Counted from the first letter of the whole stretch, positions 50,306-62,836 are shown. The stretch: 62,836 nt of DNA, filler included, from Sphacelaria rigidula (GCA_964200075.2; 3 parts of 3 records of this genome joined end to end with filler, not necessarily neighbours in it), one strand, 5' to 3'. Program-made: numbers and translations. Notes: a model not told the origin generated them from the letters alone.

Positions 50306-51723
50306 ACAGGATTTGATAAACTTAATTGAAATGCATCTACACTAGATTTGACTATTTTATTGGCACCTTGACACTCCCCCCCGCATTGAAAAACTCGCAC
50401 TTGGCAAGCAGCTCGCACTCCAGCCCCTCCTCGCTTGCGATGTGATTGATGCGGATCAGCGGCGTATCTCCAACTTTTTCAAGGGCGCTATCCAGGATTT
50501 TGGCCCGCGGCGACGTTGCTCTCTGTTAAGCAATAGAAAACAAAAGCGCAGTGACCAGGATAAGGTACAAACTTGTGATTTTTCGCCCCTTCAAGGGTAC
50601 ATGGTGGTGAGGGAAGTTTTTCTCACCACAGCACATGACTGGACCCACCTCTGACCCGAGTTTTTTGCCACTTTTGTCGGGAATAATGCTGATTCCTTTC
50701 TGCGAAAATGCTGCGAGCAAAACTGTGGGAAACAAGTCAAACGAGCCTGAGTGAAGCCGTTAAGGTTCGAGTAAACCCACGACCCGGGTCCAAAGTGCCG
50801 CAAAACGGTAGGGTACACTTATTCCTCTCCATGTTTTTGGGCGCCCTCCTATTCCTCGATAAATTTACCGATGCCGGTCACCGTTTTACCAACTTTCAGC
50901 CACTGGTGTACCCATTTATCGACGATTATATCGTGAAACTCCGCATGAGATGCACTTGTGAAGTCTCGCTGACCATTGCACTCTGAGATGCCGAGAAAAA
51001 CTCAAGGAATACGTTCCCTGGCCACAGTGCAAAGAACAAGAAGAAAGAGGAGGGGGAAAAAGAAGAGAAGATAAAGGGAGAAATAACAAGCAACAGGGGG
51101 CCGAGGAAAAGGAAGTAACAGCGTCGGGAGGAACAATTCAGGGGCCGTCAGTCAAGAAGCTCTTCATCTTCTTGTACTGCTCGAACCGTCAAGATTCAAA
51201 CGCCAAGGCCAAACATAAAGCTGAGGGTGACTTGATAGGTCAGGCCCCTTTCCGAATTGATGGCGCATTCCCTGTTTCGACAGCGTTGTGATATGTATAT
51301 CCACGTCTCACAGGGAAAAGGTGCGTTCAAGGTAGCTTTTATGAGATGTATCCGTTATTTTTCACCAACAAATACACCACCACGACACGAAACCTTGACG
51401 CCTAGCTGTGAAGTAAACCCTGACCCCAACGCCAGCAATCTACTTGCGTGTTGTGAACCCGAAGAGGCGGTACAGAAAGCTGCAATATAACCCTTGCCTA
51501 CCACAGATTGCGTCCTCATCCGTACACTAGATGAATGTAAATGTTTGATACCGGAGAGTGGTGAAGGCTGCAACGTAGTCAGCCATATCATTTCACGAAG
51601 GGCACTGGCTAGACGAAGGCATATCTCCTAGTTTCGAAGGTCCATGTGGTCAGCGAGGTTTTCTACATGGCCCTAAAATCATGTTCCATTTTCTTCTCCG
51701 TAGAAATTTCAAGGTGCATTTAA

Positions 51724-51873
51724 CCCTTTGGGAACTGGACCCCCAGTAGACCCCCAGGGAGTGCTGATTTTTGTTTTGGTGAATCGGCATCATTTTCAGT
51801 CATTTTCAAGTCAAAATGTTGCCGATTCATAAAGATTCACAAAACAAGAATCAGCACTTGAGTTCCCAAAGGG
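51724..51873. mobile_element. piggyBac-like MITE (150 bp)
   Basis: TTAA|CCCTTTGGGAACT ... AGTTCCCAAAGGG|TTAA with palindromic interior. Confidence 0.8.
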
Positions 51874-54800
51874 TTAATAAAAGGGCTCGCTCTAAAGGCG
51901 CTCACATTATACTGCAGTAAATGTGCCCACGATCGGCATATTGTGGCCATGAAAAGGCTACGCTCGACGAGAGAAGAGACAAAGACCTATACTTCGGCAT
52001 GGGCGAGAGTAGGACACACGACAACTCTGTTGGAGAACTCGCAACCTTGTAGCTGTGTTGAAAACCCTCCGGCTTGTGTTCTTTCGCGTTTCTTGGGGCA
52101 CATATCTCAAAAAGAAGCAACACTGCTTTTTTGAATAAAAAATGACGGAAATCCATCTGGGTCAACGGTTTGTTTGCTTCGTCAAAAACTTCGCCCGCCA
52201 CTGTAGCAGCATGAATTGGCCAGAAGCAACAAGGCATGCCTTTTCGTGGCCACTGCCCTTCATGGGAATACAGTACCATATTTAGAGTGACCAAATACAT
52301 GGGCAAACTATACGGCTACGGATTGTGCCAGGGCTATCCTCGGAAGTGTTGACTACAGTGGATCATGGTTGGTGTAAGCAGATTCGAGGAAACCACCCCA
52401 TGTCAACCACTCGTGCTACCACCGACACAAAGTCCGCCAGAACCACCCGGTGGCATTAGTTTGCTGTGATTGATTAATCAAAATATCGCAACGGAAGGTA
52501 CCGACGTTAGACCACTGTGCGAAATCACCAGGGCATAGTCCACTTGAAACACGGAATTTCGAGAACTAAACTATGCCAAATTCTTGGGACAGGTTGAGGG
52601 TTCATATGCTGTAGGCAATATTTTACAGTGGTTCTGTAAGTGTACGGGCATCTCCCGATTCCTACAGTTTACACAACCTCAATTAAGTGAATAGCAGGCA
52701 GGTAGGAAGCAAAGGCAACGCATTTTTTGTGGAACGACCAACATTCTCACGATTTGCACGAGCCCCCCGTTGTTGGACGATCGTCGATTGGTACAACTGT
52801 ACAAACGTAAAGTACATCTAACAGCAGTAAAACCAACAAGTACGTAGAAGTCAGGTACAATACAGCAGACGGTCCCTACAGCCCTTGGAGGTGTACCATG
52901 AGCTAGCTGTTGTATTCCGAACCTCCTTCGTATTTGGCTTTTGGCCGCGCGGACCACATGAAGGCCATCGCGTTCACCTACGTCTCTGTGCGTTGTGCAC
53001 AATTGCAGTATGCGCAGCCCTATACAATAGAGCGCCGTACAGCACTTCACAGGGCAAGGTGAAGTCTGCGTGACCCTCTACAGTCCGAACACTAATTGTA
53101 GAGGGTAAGCAGGTCTTGTGTAGTGCACGTGTAGGGTAAGAGTAGCGTCTCTGGTCTGTCGTCGGTTGATCTACAGTGTTCGCGTTAGGGACAGCGATAA
53201 TATGACAGTAAAGACTTCAGTGTGAGCGTTGCTCGTGGGGGCATCAACAAAGTCAAAATGTGGAAAACGCTCGCAGCACTACGGACTTTCATGTTGTCGA
53301 CAGAAGAACGGCTAACGATGCGGTTGACCATTTTACTGAGCATTTGGATGCTGAAACACACGAGAGCAGGCTGCGTCACCAGTAAGGTGAGTCAGTATAC
53401 TTCGGAGAGGATTGGTTGACTTTCAGCACAACCGGGAAAGCACAGAAAGGCGGGGCGGGGTGATGGTCGGCAACAGTGGGAACCTGTCAACTCAGGGGAA
53501 CAACGAGGCACCGGCGCTCGACAACGATGGCGTGGCAGCGTTTCACAACCATGGTAAAAACGTCGCCGACACAGCCATAGCAGCCGGCGGGGAAGGGCGG
53601 ACTCCGTGGCAGCACCAGCTCTGTGTTGCCAGCGACACACCAACGGCCGAGGTCATACCGCTGCAAACGGACCGCAATTCCCTCCAATGGTAGAAGCAAA
53701 ATCCTAACAATTAAATGCTGACTCTTTGCGGACTCCTCAAAACACTTGCAGGTGGTCGAGAACCCGATCCCGTAGTAAACCCCCCTCCCCCCCCTGGAGA
53801 ACAACCATCAACGTTTTGCGGGCGCCGTGAGTGCAGCCAGTAAACCACTGGCGACACAGCGGCCGGCGACAGCCCATGTAGGTATGAAAGTTAAGAGTTA
53901 TAGCCAAAAGGACGCCCAACGTCTCACAAGGCTTCACGGGGCCCATGCTCTTCCTCTAAGAGGCGGTTCTGATATACATGAGTAACTGACCGTCGATCGC
54001 CAGAAATAAATCCTAGCAGCGTCAGGGTCGCTCGTATCCAGCCACATGAGACTTCCTGGCTCACAATAGGGAGGCACCCCAACCTTGCCGACGAAAAAGA
54101 GCACTGACTGGGACACTACAATGGAAGCTCCGGGCACGACCATTGACTCACACAACACGCGAGTTCTGTAATCCGCGAGGAGGGGGGAGCGCTTCGCAAC
54201 CTGTTGCAAGCCGAGTGGCCCGCGAAGCGACAAGAAACGGCCAGAGGGATACTGAGCCTTGAGGGAATATTGTGCAATTTCACGGAGGGAATATTGTGCA
54301 ATTTCTTCTGGGGACACCCCCTGACTCGTGGGGCTCCACCGTGCGAGCGCACGTAGCAAGACGAGCCGCGCCAGAGGAAAAGGGAATTAACTCCATATCG
54401 ATCTCGACTTTGGAAAGTTTGCGTTCGAAGCAAACACCTGCAGGCCGGCGAGTCGCCAAGTGCACCCTGTTACGCGGTGGTCCACCGACGTGAATAATAC
54501 CACCAAACTTTACCATCTGTCCGACGCCGAGGGAAAGTCTAACGGGAAATTGATCCACCACCCAATCTAACTGCTGAACTCAAGAGTAAAGGCACACTTC
54601 GAGAAACATGCATATCACCATCAATATCGTGGAAGTAATGGCTCTCGTCGCAATACATGGATCATGCTCGACCTGACCCAGGACAGGCTTGATAGTCCAG
54701 GAGATCGTCTTGAATTTTGCGGGGATGACGCAGCGACTGTCACGCGGGTGAAAACCGGGTGCGGGGGTACCAAAGGCAAGGGTGCAGAGTTATTAACCAC

Positions 54801-56103
54801 AATGAGAACGCTGGATACGTAGGGAACTACGGGCGGGTGGTGCCAAGACGCAAAATACACCACAGAGGCGCAGAACGTACTTGCAGGCGGCATCTCACGA
54901 TGGCTGCTATGAGGGGTAGGCAAACGGGGGAAGGAATTCACTAACGACGGGGACTGACCGGAGAAATATCTTGGACAACGAGGAGAAAGCATATTGCAAA
55001 GCATCTTGAAAACCAAGGATATCACCGCCCCGACACGACGAGACAGTGTGGTCACGCATATGGATCACGATGGACATGATCAGGGAGGAAATTTACGCGG
55101 GTTACCAGACGCGGACCCGTCTAGGACGGAAGAAGCCACACTCCAGGTGGCCCGCTGAGTGGGCAAGACTGGATGAGGGAGAGCAGACCGCAGTCGGAGC
55201 CAAGGGCAATGGCAACTTTCAGGTGCCTGGGAATCGCGTTCTGCCAGGTTTTGCTATACAGTGCGTCCGAACCCTAGACTTACCCCAACGGGCATGTGCA
55301 TCACGAGTTTCACTCACCCAAGCGTCTCAACTTGGGCAGGTGTAGCCAAACTTTGGGAACCGTGCACTCTCGAACCAGATGGAAATTATTTTTGTCGCCT
55401 GACAAGGTAACTACAGAAGGGCAAGTTGCACTATACCGAGAACGCGGGTGAATGACTTGGTGCGGTCAGGCGAAGCCCTTCCAGAGGCGTTGGAGGCACT
55501 ATTGGACCTGCTGGATGTGTATCTGCAGCTTCTAGGCCTTCTACGCAAGATCACCCTAACCACTAGGGTCACGCCGATGAAGTGGAATATTCGTGCGATC
55601 CTATGGCGGGTTGTTCGGGTAGTGATCTGCTAACATATATCTTGCGTCCAGGGGAGATAGGAGGGCTCACGTACGCAACTGGCAGCCCAAGAAATACCTA
55701 AATAAAAAGTTCCAAGAGCGGCACAATAGAAGTCTTCGCTCTTCAAAGTGTACGCGAGGAGGGGTTGCGAGGGCGTCTAGGTTCGGCTGGCAGTACCGGG
55801 GTCAAAGGAGAAAAGGGCAACAATAGTAAATCGCAACAAATGCGCGGGTCCATCGACAAGTCTAACGATGTGCGAGTTAGACAGCCCCCCAGGAGATAGC
55901 AATGATGAATCACGCAATAGTCCGAGTTGAATGTCGGCTTGGCCTGCCAGAAGTGGGGATGATTTAATGGGGGAAAATAACAGGGTGCATGTTGCGCGGG
56001 TTTTGGTTCAGCATATATTTTACTTTCGTCGTGTCTTGGTGTTCTATCGTGGAAAACGATAAGTATATTATATGGGAATCTTGGGCGAAGGATATACCCT
56101 CCA

Positions 56104-56290
56104 GAGTGTGTGTGTTGTCGTCTTTCCTATTCTGGACGCCGGTTACACGTTTCGGTATGTGTGGGCGCATGAGCCGGGGTCACCCAGGAGGAAGGTCAAC
56201 ACAGCAGCTTTTCATTTTCCATTTGTTCTCAGTACCCCCACTTTCCTTCTGCGGTGCTTGACGTTATTTTTTATCGCGAGAAGTGACCGG
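56104..56290 (-). mobile_element. SINE family A, 3' half
   Basis: Matches 40439-40620 (TGTGTGT..GTC..CTATTCTGGACGCC..GGTATGTGTGGGCGCAT..). Confidence 0.7.
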
Positions 56291-56743
56291 ATTTTTCATG
56301 GAAACATCTATGAGAACGGTTGTTCACTGACAGTGAGCACTACTGAGGTTCTTGGAAAACACCGAGGCGCAAATCTTCTCCTGCACAACGGCCTTTCCCG
56401 CCCACCGCCCCGAGCAGACCGTACAAGAGAAGGGCCAACAACTTGCATCATCAATAGGAAAGCATACTTGCGCATGGGATCGATCAACTTCTCCACCCTT
56501 GGCCCTGTCGCTCAAGGATCGGGGGGAGGCCAGACGTTGTGACACTGCTGGTGCTACCGCGCTACCGTGTGATACGCTATCGTGTCAACCCCGGACTTGC
56601 TCGGGATATGCTGCCCTGATCTGCTCGCCCATTCATCGTAAAGTCCACAAGCATATTAGGTAAAAGCCCCAACTTGGGCCCAAGACTGCGCTGGGGGACG
56701 TTTTGAATGCCCCTTCCTGTACCGAGAATTAAGGTACATATAC

Positions 56744-56853
56744 GCGCCCCGGTGGCTCAATTAGTAATGTCTAATTCTTTTGAAGGATGGGACGTGAGTT
56801 CGATGCCCCGTAAATTCACAGAATCTGGGATTTTTTCTCACGTCATGCCCGAC
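56744..56853 (+). mobile_element. SINE family A, 5' tRNA-like head
   Basis: GCGCCCCGGTGGCTCAATTAG...GAGTTCGATGC...ATCTGGGATTTTTTCTCAC. Confidence 0.65.
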
Positions 56854-56879
56854 ATTTTTCTTGTGTTCATTTGTTGCAC

Positions 56880-57170
56880 TTTGAACCCCTCCCCTTCTTC
56901 GGGACGAGTCCGCGGTCTCAAGGGCTCGATCCATCTCTCCGTAGGTATGGCACACAGCTTGCATGCTGGTCTCGCCGATTGGGTCAGCACTCCCGCACCG
57001 CGTCAACTCGCGTCAAACAAACTCTCTCCAAGACTTTTTATTATATACGGACGTACCCACGCTTTCGACGGTGGGAATGAGATACTTCTAGAAAAAAACC
57101 AACAATCGAACCGAGGATCTCTGTACCCTGCTGGTGACTGTCGGGCCATTACACCACCGGGGCGCGGCGG
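56880..57170 (-). mobile_element. tRNA-derived SINE family B
   Basis: Reverse-complement head CGCGCCCCGGTGGTGTAATGG...GGTTCGATT; colinear with the + copy at 58855-59145. Confidence 0.7.
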
Positions 57171-57529
57171 CATAAACAACAGTCCAAGGATCGGATAAAT
57201 CAATGATTCATCTGGGAATTACTCGGTTTCAATGTAATTGATTCTAATCGTACGAACCACTCCCTAGGCTTGGTTCTCAGCGTTGCAACCCAGGTACACG
57301 CAGCCCAAACACGTGGAATGGCACAAAAGTTGCGCGGATATCCCTTGGACCAGCGATCAATTTTTTTCTCCCTTTGAGGCAATCACGCCGAAGAAATAAT
57401 GGATTTGGTGATTTGAACCCGTGATGATTTGTCTTAACCGTGCAACTTTATGTACTCTCCGGGAGAGAACATGAAGACGATAGATGTCGACGACGCCGTG
57501 CACACGATTGATTGCTTTTCTTCAACCAA

Positions 57530-58690
57530 TCATGTGCACGGGATCGTCAACATCTATCGACTTCACGTTCTCTCCCAGAGAGTAAATAAAGGAGTTGTCA
57601 ATCCTGCCCGCCGTCTGGAAGCCCTCTGGCATCACCAAATCGTCGACGGCCTTGACGACTTCCGGTGTCGGCTCGTAATTCAATCAAACATTTGCACGCA
57701 ATCGTCAACATCTACCGAGCTTTCACGGCTGCCCGCCCTCTGGAAGCCCTTCGGCACCACCATTTCGTCGATGACCTTGACTTTCGGAGGCAGCTCATAC
57801 TCTTCAATGACCACGACACAACCGTCAAAGTCGATGACCTTCGTCTTGCTACTTAATCCCCCTGGTGGCCCAGATAAACCGCCCCCGCTCGATCCACCAC
57901 TCGAGTCCGGGGGTGATCCATCCTGACGGTCTGCAGTGCTGCTCGTGTGTCGTGTCTCCACTCAGCAGTACCTCGTAACCCGTCAGATTCCAAACTAAAG
58001 AACTTTCCAGCTTTGGATTTTTGTTGGTGCCTTACTGTTGAATGAAGAAGTAGGGTGGGTTGATCGATGGGAGGTACATGTTCAGGTGACGAGGTTGTGT
58101 TTAGATTGAACCTATATGCATACCTCCCCAAGGTATATACCTGTACTCGTACCTGCAATCAGGTATGTCTACAACGTCTAGGAGTATGGGAGGCTTACGG
58201 AACTTGAAGAACTGACGGGTACCGGTACTGAATGAAAGACTTGCAAAAATTACAGAACTTGTCGGGTAGGGTATGAGAGGCTCACAGAAAAACCTACCGG
58301 CAATCGGGAATTTCTTCAAGGGCATACCCGCGCTCCGGATACATGTATACATTATGTACGGAACTAACAGAACTATCGGGTAAGGGTATGGGAGGCTTGC
58401 AGAACTCACAGCAACTGTCGGGTAGGGTATGGAGGATGCAGAGAGACCCGTATCCGCAACCAGGCATCTTATCAAGAGCATACCCGTGCCTCCTGTAGCA
58501 GTACGTGAGGGTTACAGAACTCGTACAACCATCGGGCAATGGTATGAAAGTCGTACAGTGAAAGTCGTACAGAGACTACAGAACTGTCGGGCACCGGTAT
58601 GAAAGTCCTACAGAAGTCACAGAACTGTCTGGTACGGTATATATCCGGGAAAATACCTCGGCTATACAGAACGCCGTCCCCTACAGAACA
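57530..58690 (+). repeat. Interspersed repeat with internal ~40-bp minisatellite, copy 2
   Basis: Colinear with 32205-33085, with additional ACAGAACT..GTCGGG..GGTATG units. Confidence 0.8.
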
Positions 58691-58854
58691 GCTCCGTTTT
58701 GAAAGGGATGCGTGGTCAATGGTCAAATGACTAAGGCAAGCAACAAATGAGTACGCCCCCCCCCCGTACAGAACACACCCTTGGAAAATTGTATTAAATA
58801 TTAAATTATTTCAATATCCATTTTTTTTGCAGGGAAAATCTCAATATTTTCGCA

Positions 58855-59145
58855 GTCCGCGCCCCGATTGTGTAATGGTCCGATTATCACCAATAGTGTG
58901 CAGAGAACGTGAGTTCGATTCCCGATGCGTTGGGTTCTATCTTCGAAGTATCTGATTCCTATCTTTGGAGGCATGAGTACGTGAACAATAAAAGAATAGG
59001 TAACTGAGTTTGTTTGACGACAGGTGACGCTGTGCGGGAGTGCTGAGCCACTCCGCGAGGTCAAGATGCAAGACGTGTACCGGGAAGAGATGGGTTAATC
59101 CCTCGAGACCACGGACTCGCCCCGAGGAAGGATAGGTGTTCAGGT
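58855..59145 (+). mobile_element. tRNA-derived SINE family B
   Basis: CGCGCCCCGATTGTGTAATGG...GAGTTCGATTCCC head; body matches reverse complement of 56880-57170. Confidence 0.7.
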
Positions 59146-60199
59146 CTGACATAGATACTTACACAAAGTGATCTCTACCCTGAGGTAATGTGTTGTTATG
59201 TGGTGCTTTTTTTGTTGTGCTAGTATATTCGTACATATGGCTGTAGAGGAGGTACACGGATAAAATCATGCGGTTTTTACTGCTTTGGTTGGTGATCTTT
59301 TGTTGCTGAGAACTAACTCCATTTCGGTTTGGATTTATTCGGCTCCGCCTCCAGCAGTCCGAATCGTCGCTTGCGGCACAAGAACTCATGAGGGAGCAGT
59401 AATGATTTTGTGTGAATTCATGATCCAGATGGACTACCCTCGCGGTCTAAGAGTTGAGCGAAATTTTCTTGTTTTGACGAAGTTGGGTCCAGACAATTTT
59501 TCAAGCTTTCGATCGGATCGAAAAAATACCGAAATTGGTCAAACCGCACATGGCCACTCGTGTACAGTACAGTCTGTGCTATCTGTACTGCTTGCAAGCA
59601 ATGTCTCGAGTGCGTGTGTGCGTGTTTCGTACAGGAGGATATGAAAGAGAAGCGGGCAACGTGCAGTGCAGACAGTCCAGGACTATCAATTCTCTTTGCT
59701 TACAAGCGACGTCAAGAGGACATCAGCGACGTGCAGATTTATACCGCCTGCTCTGTCCACGAGCGTGCACTCAACTCGGTTGCCAACCGTTCCACGCACT
59801 TTTGTCGCTGATCCGGACCACGAGAGAAGATGCGCAGGTTATTGCCAACGAAAATAAACGAAGCACACCCAACTACTGCAGTGTATCTATTCTCGGGCTC
59901 AACTCGCGCTCTATGCTGCAGGGTTGCGGTGGTAGCTGAGAATGAGTTGGATGGAGTTGCTTGGTCCTGCGAGCAGGTGTTATCTGGCGTGGTGGTCTGT
60001 AAGATTGGAGTCAAGTGCCGCTTCGTGCCTTTCGACCGCATTTTTCGATCGAAGAGGAATATTTTCTGTCTAAAATGTTTTTCCCCGCGCGCCGCTAATT
60101 ATCATTTTGAGTTGAAGCCTGCTAGGAATATAAGTACGGTGGACCTATCAAATCGGCATAAAATTTCGACCGCACTTTTTCGATCGAAAAAAAAAGCGC

Positions 60200-60420
60200 A
60201 AGACGACTTAACCGTCGACGAGGAAAAGGAATTGATGAACCCCTCTCGCGATTAAAAGTAAAGGCAAGTACCGCAGAAGGAAGGTGGAGGAAGACACAGA
60301 GAAGAGAAAAAACTCCTGTGTTGAACCTCCTCCTGTGTGACCCCGGCTGGTGCACGCACATATACCGAAAGCTGTAGACAGGCGTCCAGAATAGATGGGA
60401 TGGCAACACACACACAACAG
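60200..60420 (+). mobile_element. SINE family A, 3' two-thirds
   Basis: CGTCGACGAGGAAAAGG..AACCCCTCTCGCGA..GGCGTCCAGAATAGATGGGATGGCAACACACACA. Confidence 0.7.
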
Positions 60421-62190
60421 ACAAGCCCTTAGGGTGGGTCTTATCGGGCACTGGGCCCACAGATAGGGGCAAGATTTATGAGTGGCAAGGTTTCTCGACC
60501 AATCAGAGTCTTCAAATACACCAAAATGCGGCGATCTTTCTTCAATCAGATGAGAGATATGAGTAGAATGTAAGTAAAAAAGCAGCTTTGATTGGTCCAC
60601 ACATTGCGCCGCTGCGACACAGACAGCTGCTACCGGCAACAAACGAGGATACAGCAGCTCCGTGCTGGCTCAGTTTGTTTGTCCCAACCTGCACGCACCC
60701 GCCCGGCGAGTCTTCCCCGATCACAGCACCCGACTATAACTGGAGTACCAGAGAAGACTCAACAGACAGCAGCCGTCACGTGACGATTGTTTTCACCTTT
60801 CTTTGTTTCGACTGCACCTTGATCCCACCCAAATTCTGTGCAGCCCGAAACACGGCATGCAGCAGTACAACTGCTCAGGCACTCTCCAGTGCACATCGCA
60901 CCGTGATCGTCGTAGAGTGTTTAGATGCCCAACAACACATCGAGAACTACAGCATAGAAATGATGGGTTTGGGGAGCGCCTTATTTCTTCGACTCGAGAC
61001 GAAACAGCCAACACACCATAAACGTTTCAACGGTGTGTAGAGTGCACTGCGTGCCGACAACACTATTTTTCATAGAGGCGAACAGAATGACAATAGAAAG
61101 CAACTCAGGCACTCCCAACGGAGATCAAACCGTCTCCGCGAACGCCTGAAGACGCCACAGCACAGCGACGGCTACAGCACACAAGACAGAGCATGAGTGA
61201 GTTTGTGCTGCAGCACAGTGGTACAGGACATGTCCCATTCGATAGTTCTTTCCCTGATTTCGGGTGGGTCCTCGATTTTTGCCCAGTGGCGATTGTCAAA
61301 CGCTCGACCATAATCGCGCTTTGCGCGAAGATATTTTATTTCACTTTCAGCTACCCTTATCTGTGGGAGGTGAGCCTCGTATGGAGCCCAAAACAAGAAG
61401 CACGAAGAGGAACAAACGTCGAAAGCAGCATGTCGATTGCTCGAAAGGCGGGTCTATGGTTGCGTCGACAAATGTAACATGCCTCTTTCCAAAGTCCATT
61501 CCCTTTCACGCTTCTTTTGGTATCGGTAAGACACAGGCTTAGCCTTCGACCACGGGAGGCATTCGCTTTACACAACAGGCAACAACGGTTGAACCTTGGC
61601 TTCTACCGTTAGGAGTGGTCTAATGTTGCATCGGAATCATTTTCACACGGGAAATGTTCGCAAGATCCAGGTGACCCACTTTGGGGCCAAGGTGTTGAAT
61701 CTTCAACGCCATCCAATTGAACCACTGCCTTCGGTACAGATCTCCGACCCCTAGAGACGACCAGCCGTGGCTCAGCGATGCCACGTAGATTTCTCGGGCA
61801 ACTGCCGTTTCCCCTGTCAGTACTCGGGAATTACCCCGCCTCTTCCCTGTACAAATAGTGGGTTCATTACAGTCCGCACTTTGTTCTGGGCACATCAAGG
61901 GCGGTGGCATTTGATGAGAAAGACAAAATTGCAGGATAATGATGGAACCAACTACTGCACTACTGCACAGGACTCGAGATCAAAGCTCGTCCGCACGACG
62001 AGCCCAGAAACTGTAACAACAGCAAGAGCCTCGTCTTCATTCGGTTGACAAATATGCGGCACCCCACCGAAGTACGGTCGAATCCTCTTGTTGAAGGTTT
62101 GACATCATTGAGCCAGGAGTGTAGTCCAGGGTCCCACCATAGTGCGTCAAGTCGGACTGCAACACACGGGTGAAAATATACCGCAAAAAG

Positions 62191-62526
62191 TCAACAGCAA
62201 TGCTCGGTGATAACAGCAACAGCAAAGTAGGCAGCACCGGAAGGACAATGTGTACGCTGCTCCACACCACAGCATGAAAGTCGAAAACGCACCACTTCAT
62301 GCGGAGAGCCTTTCGCCACACCAGCGTAGGTGCACTTCGGAAGGGTTGCCCCGCTGAATCCAATACTATTCCTAGTATTGTGGCCGCCAGTGCCGGTTCC
62401 GCTGCCTGCTGTCGAGGGTGAGGCTTTGGTTCGTTTCGGAGCAGTGGCCGCCGAATCACCCCTGCTGCTGCCGTCAGCTGCAGTTCCATTCTCTACCGTA
62501 CCACGCTTCCGGCCCACATCACTCAT
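62191..62526 (-). CDS. Possible coding exon of an unidentified gene or relic (low confidence)
   Basis: ATG-initiated, low-complexity basic N-terminus MSDVGRKRGTVENG...APKRTKASP; a good acceptor (polypyrimidine...TTGCAG) lies just downstream at ~62157; no recognisable domain. Confidence 0.2.
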   Translation of the reverse strand: MSDVGRKRGTVENGTAADGSSRGDSAATAPKRTKASPSTAGSGTGTGGHNTRNSIGFSGATLPKCTYAGVAKGSPHEVVRFRLSCCGVEQRTHCPSGAAYFAVAVITEHCC

Positions 62527-62836
62527 AATGATTACAATGTTGCAGAAGTGCAGTAGCTTCCAGGGCTCGGGTGTGCAGCAGCCGGGTTTGTATTGTCCTG
62601 TGTATTGGTCGGTATCGCAAGCAAAATGTTACACAAGCGAGTTATGCTGTACCGATCTCTACCTTCGCCTGGTATTCAGACCCGCGGTCGGAGAATCGAA
62701 GATGACGATACATACGACGTGGAGCCTCATGAGTCAAACCTCCCCCAGGTTCTCTTGTGAGCATTGCTACGGTAGGGGTGCACTTTTTTCGCGAAATTTT
62801 GTCTGGTTCAGGGGCTCCTCACGCTTCTGCAACATT

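Noticed and set aside
53222-53693. Two adjacent plus-strand ORFs with a GTGAGT...TTTCAG mini-intron
   Set aside because: The intron would be only about 40 nt, far shorter than any intron in the reconstructed gene, and the peptides are unrecognisable.

Overview
Eukaryotic genomic DNA, most likely from a brown alga (Phaeophyceae). This is inferred from the intron-dense GT-AG gene structure and the multi-WSC secreted protein; the sequence alone does not prove it. The window holds one convincingly intact protein-coding gene, on the minus strand at 16781..3023. I reconstructed it by hand as 18 exons with consistent splice phases, giving 3165 nt including the stop (1054 aa). It encodes a signal peptide, an HHIP/HIPL1-like cysteine-rich domain, a glucose/sorbosone dehydrogenase (GSDH) beta-propeller and four WSC carbohydrate-binding domains joined by Pro/Thr-rich, Pro/Lys-rich and poly-Gly linkers. 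The ~46 kb upstream has no convincing intact gene and is filled with decayed transposable elements. These include a Ty3/Gypsy integrase fragment (a gag-protease fragment also sits at the window start), two decayed LINEs, two tRNA-derived SINE families (one tail-to-tail inverted pair), several MITE families (TA-flanked and TTAA-flanked piggyBac-like, some nested) that share a recurrent ~19-bp motif, minisatellites and local duplications. Two N-gaps carry an artificial TTAATTAATTAA linker.
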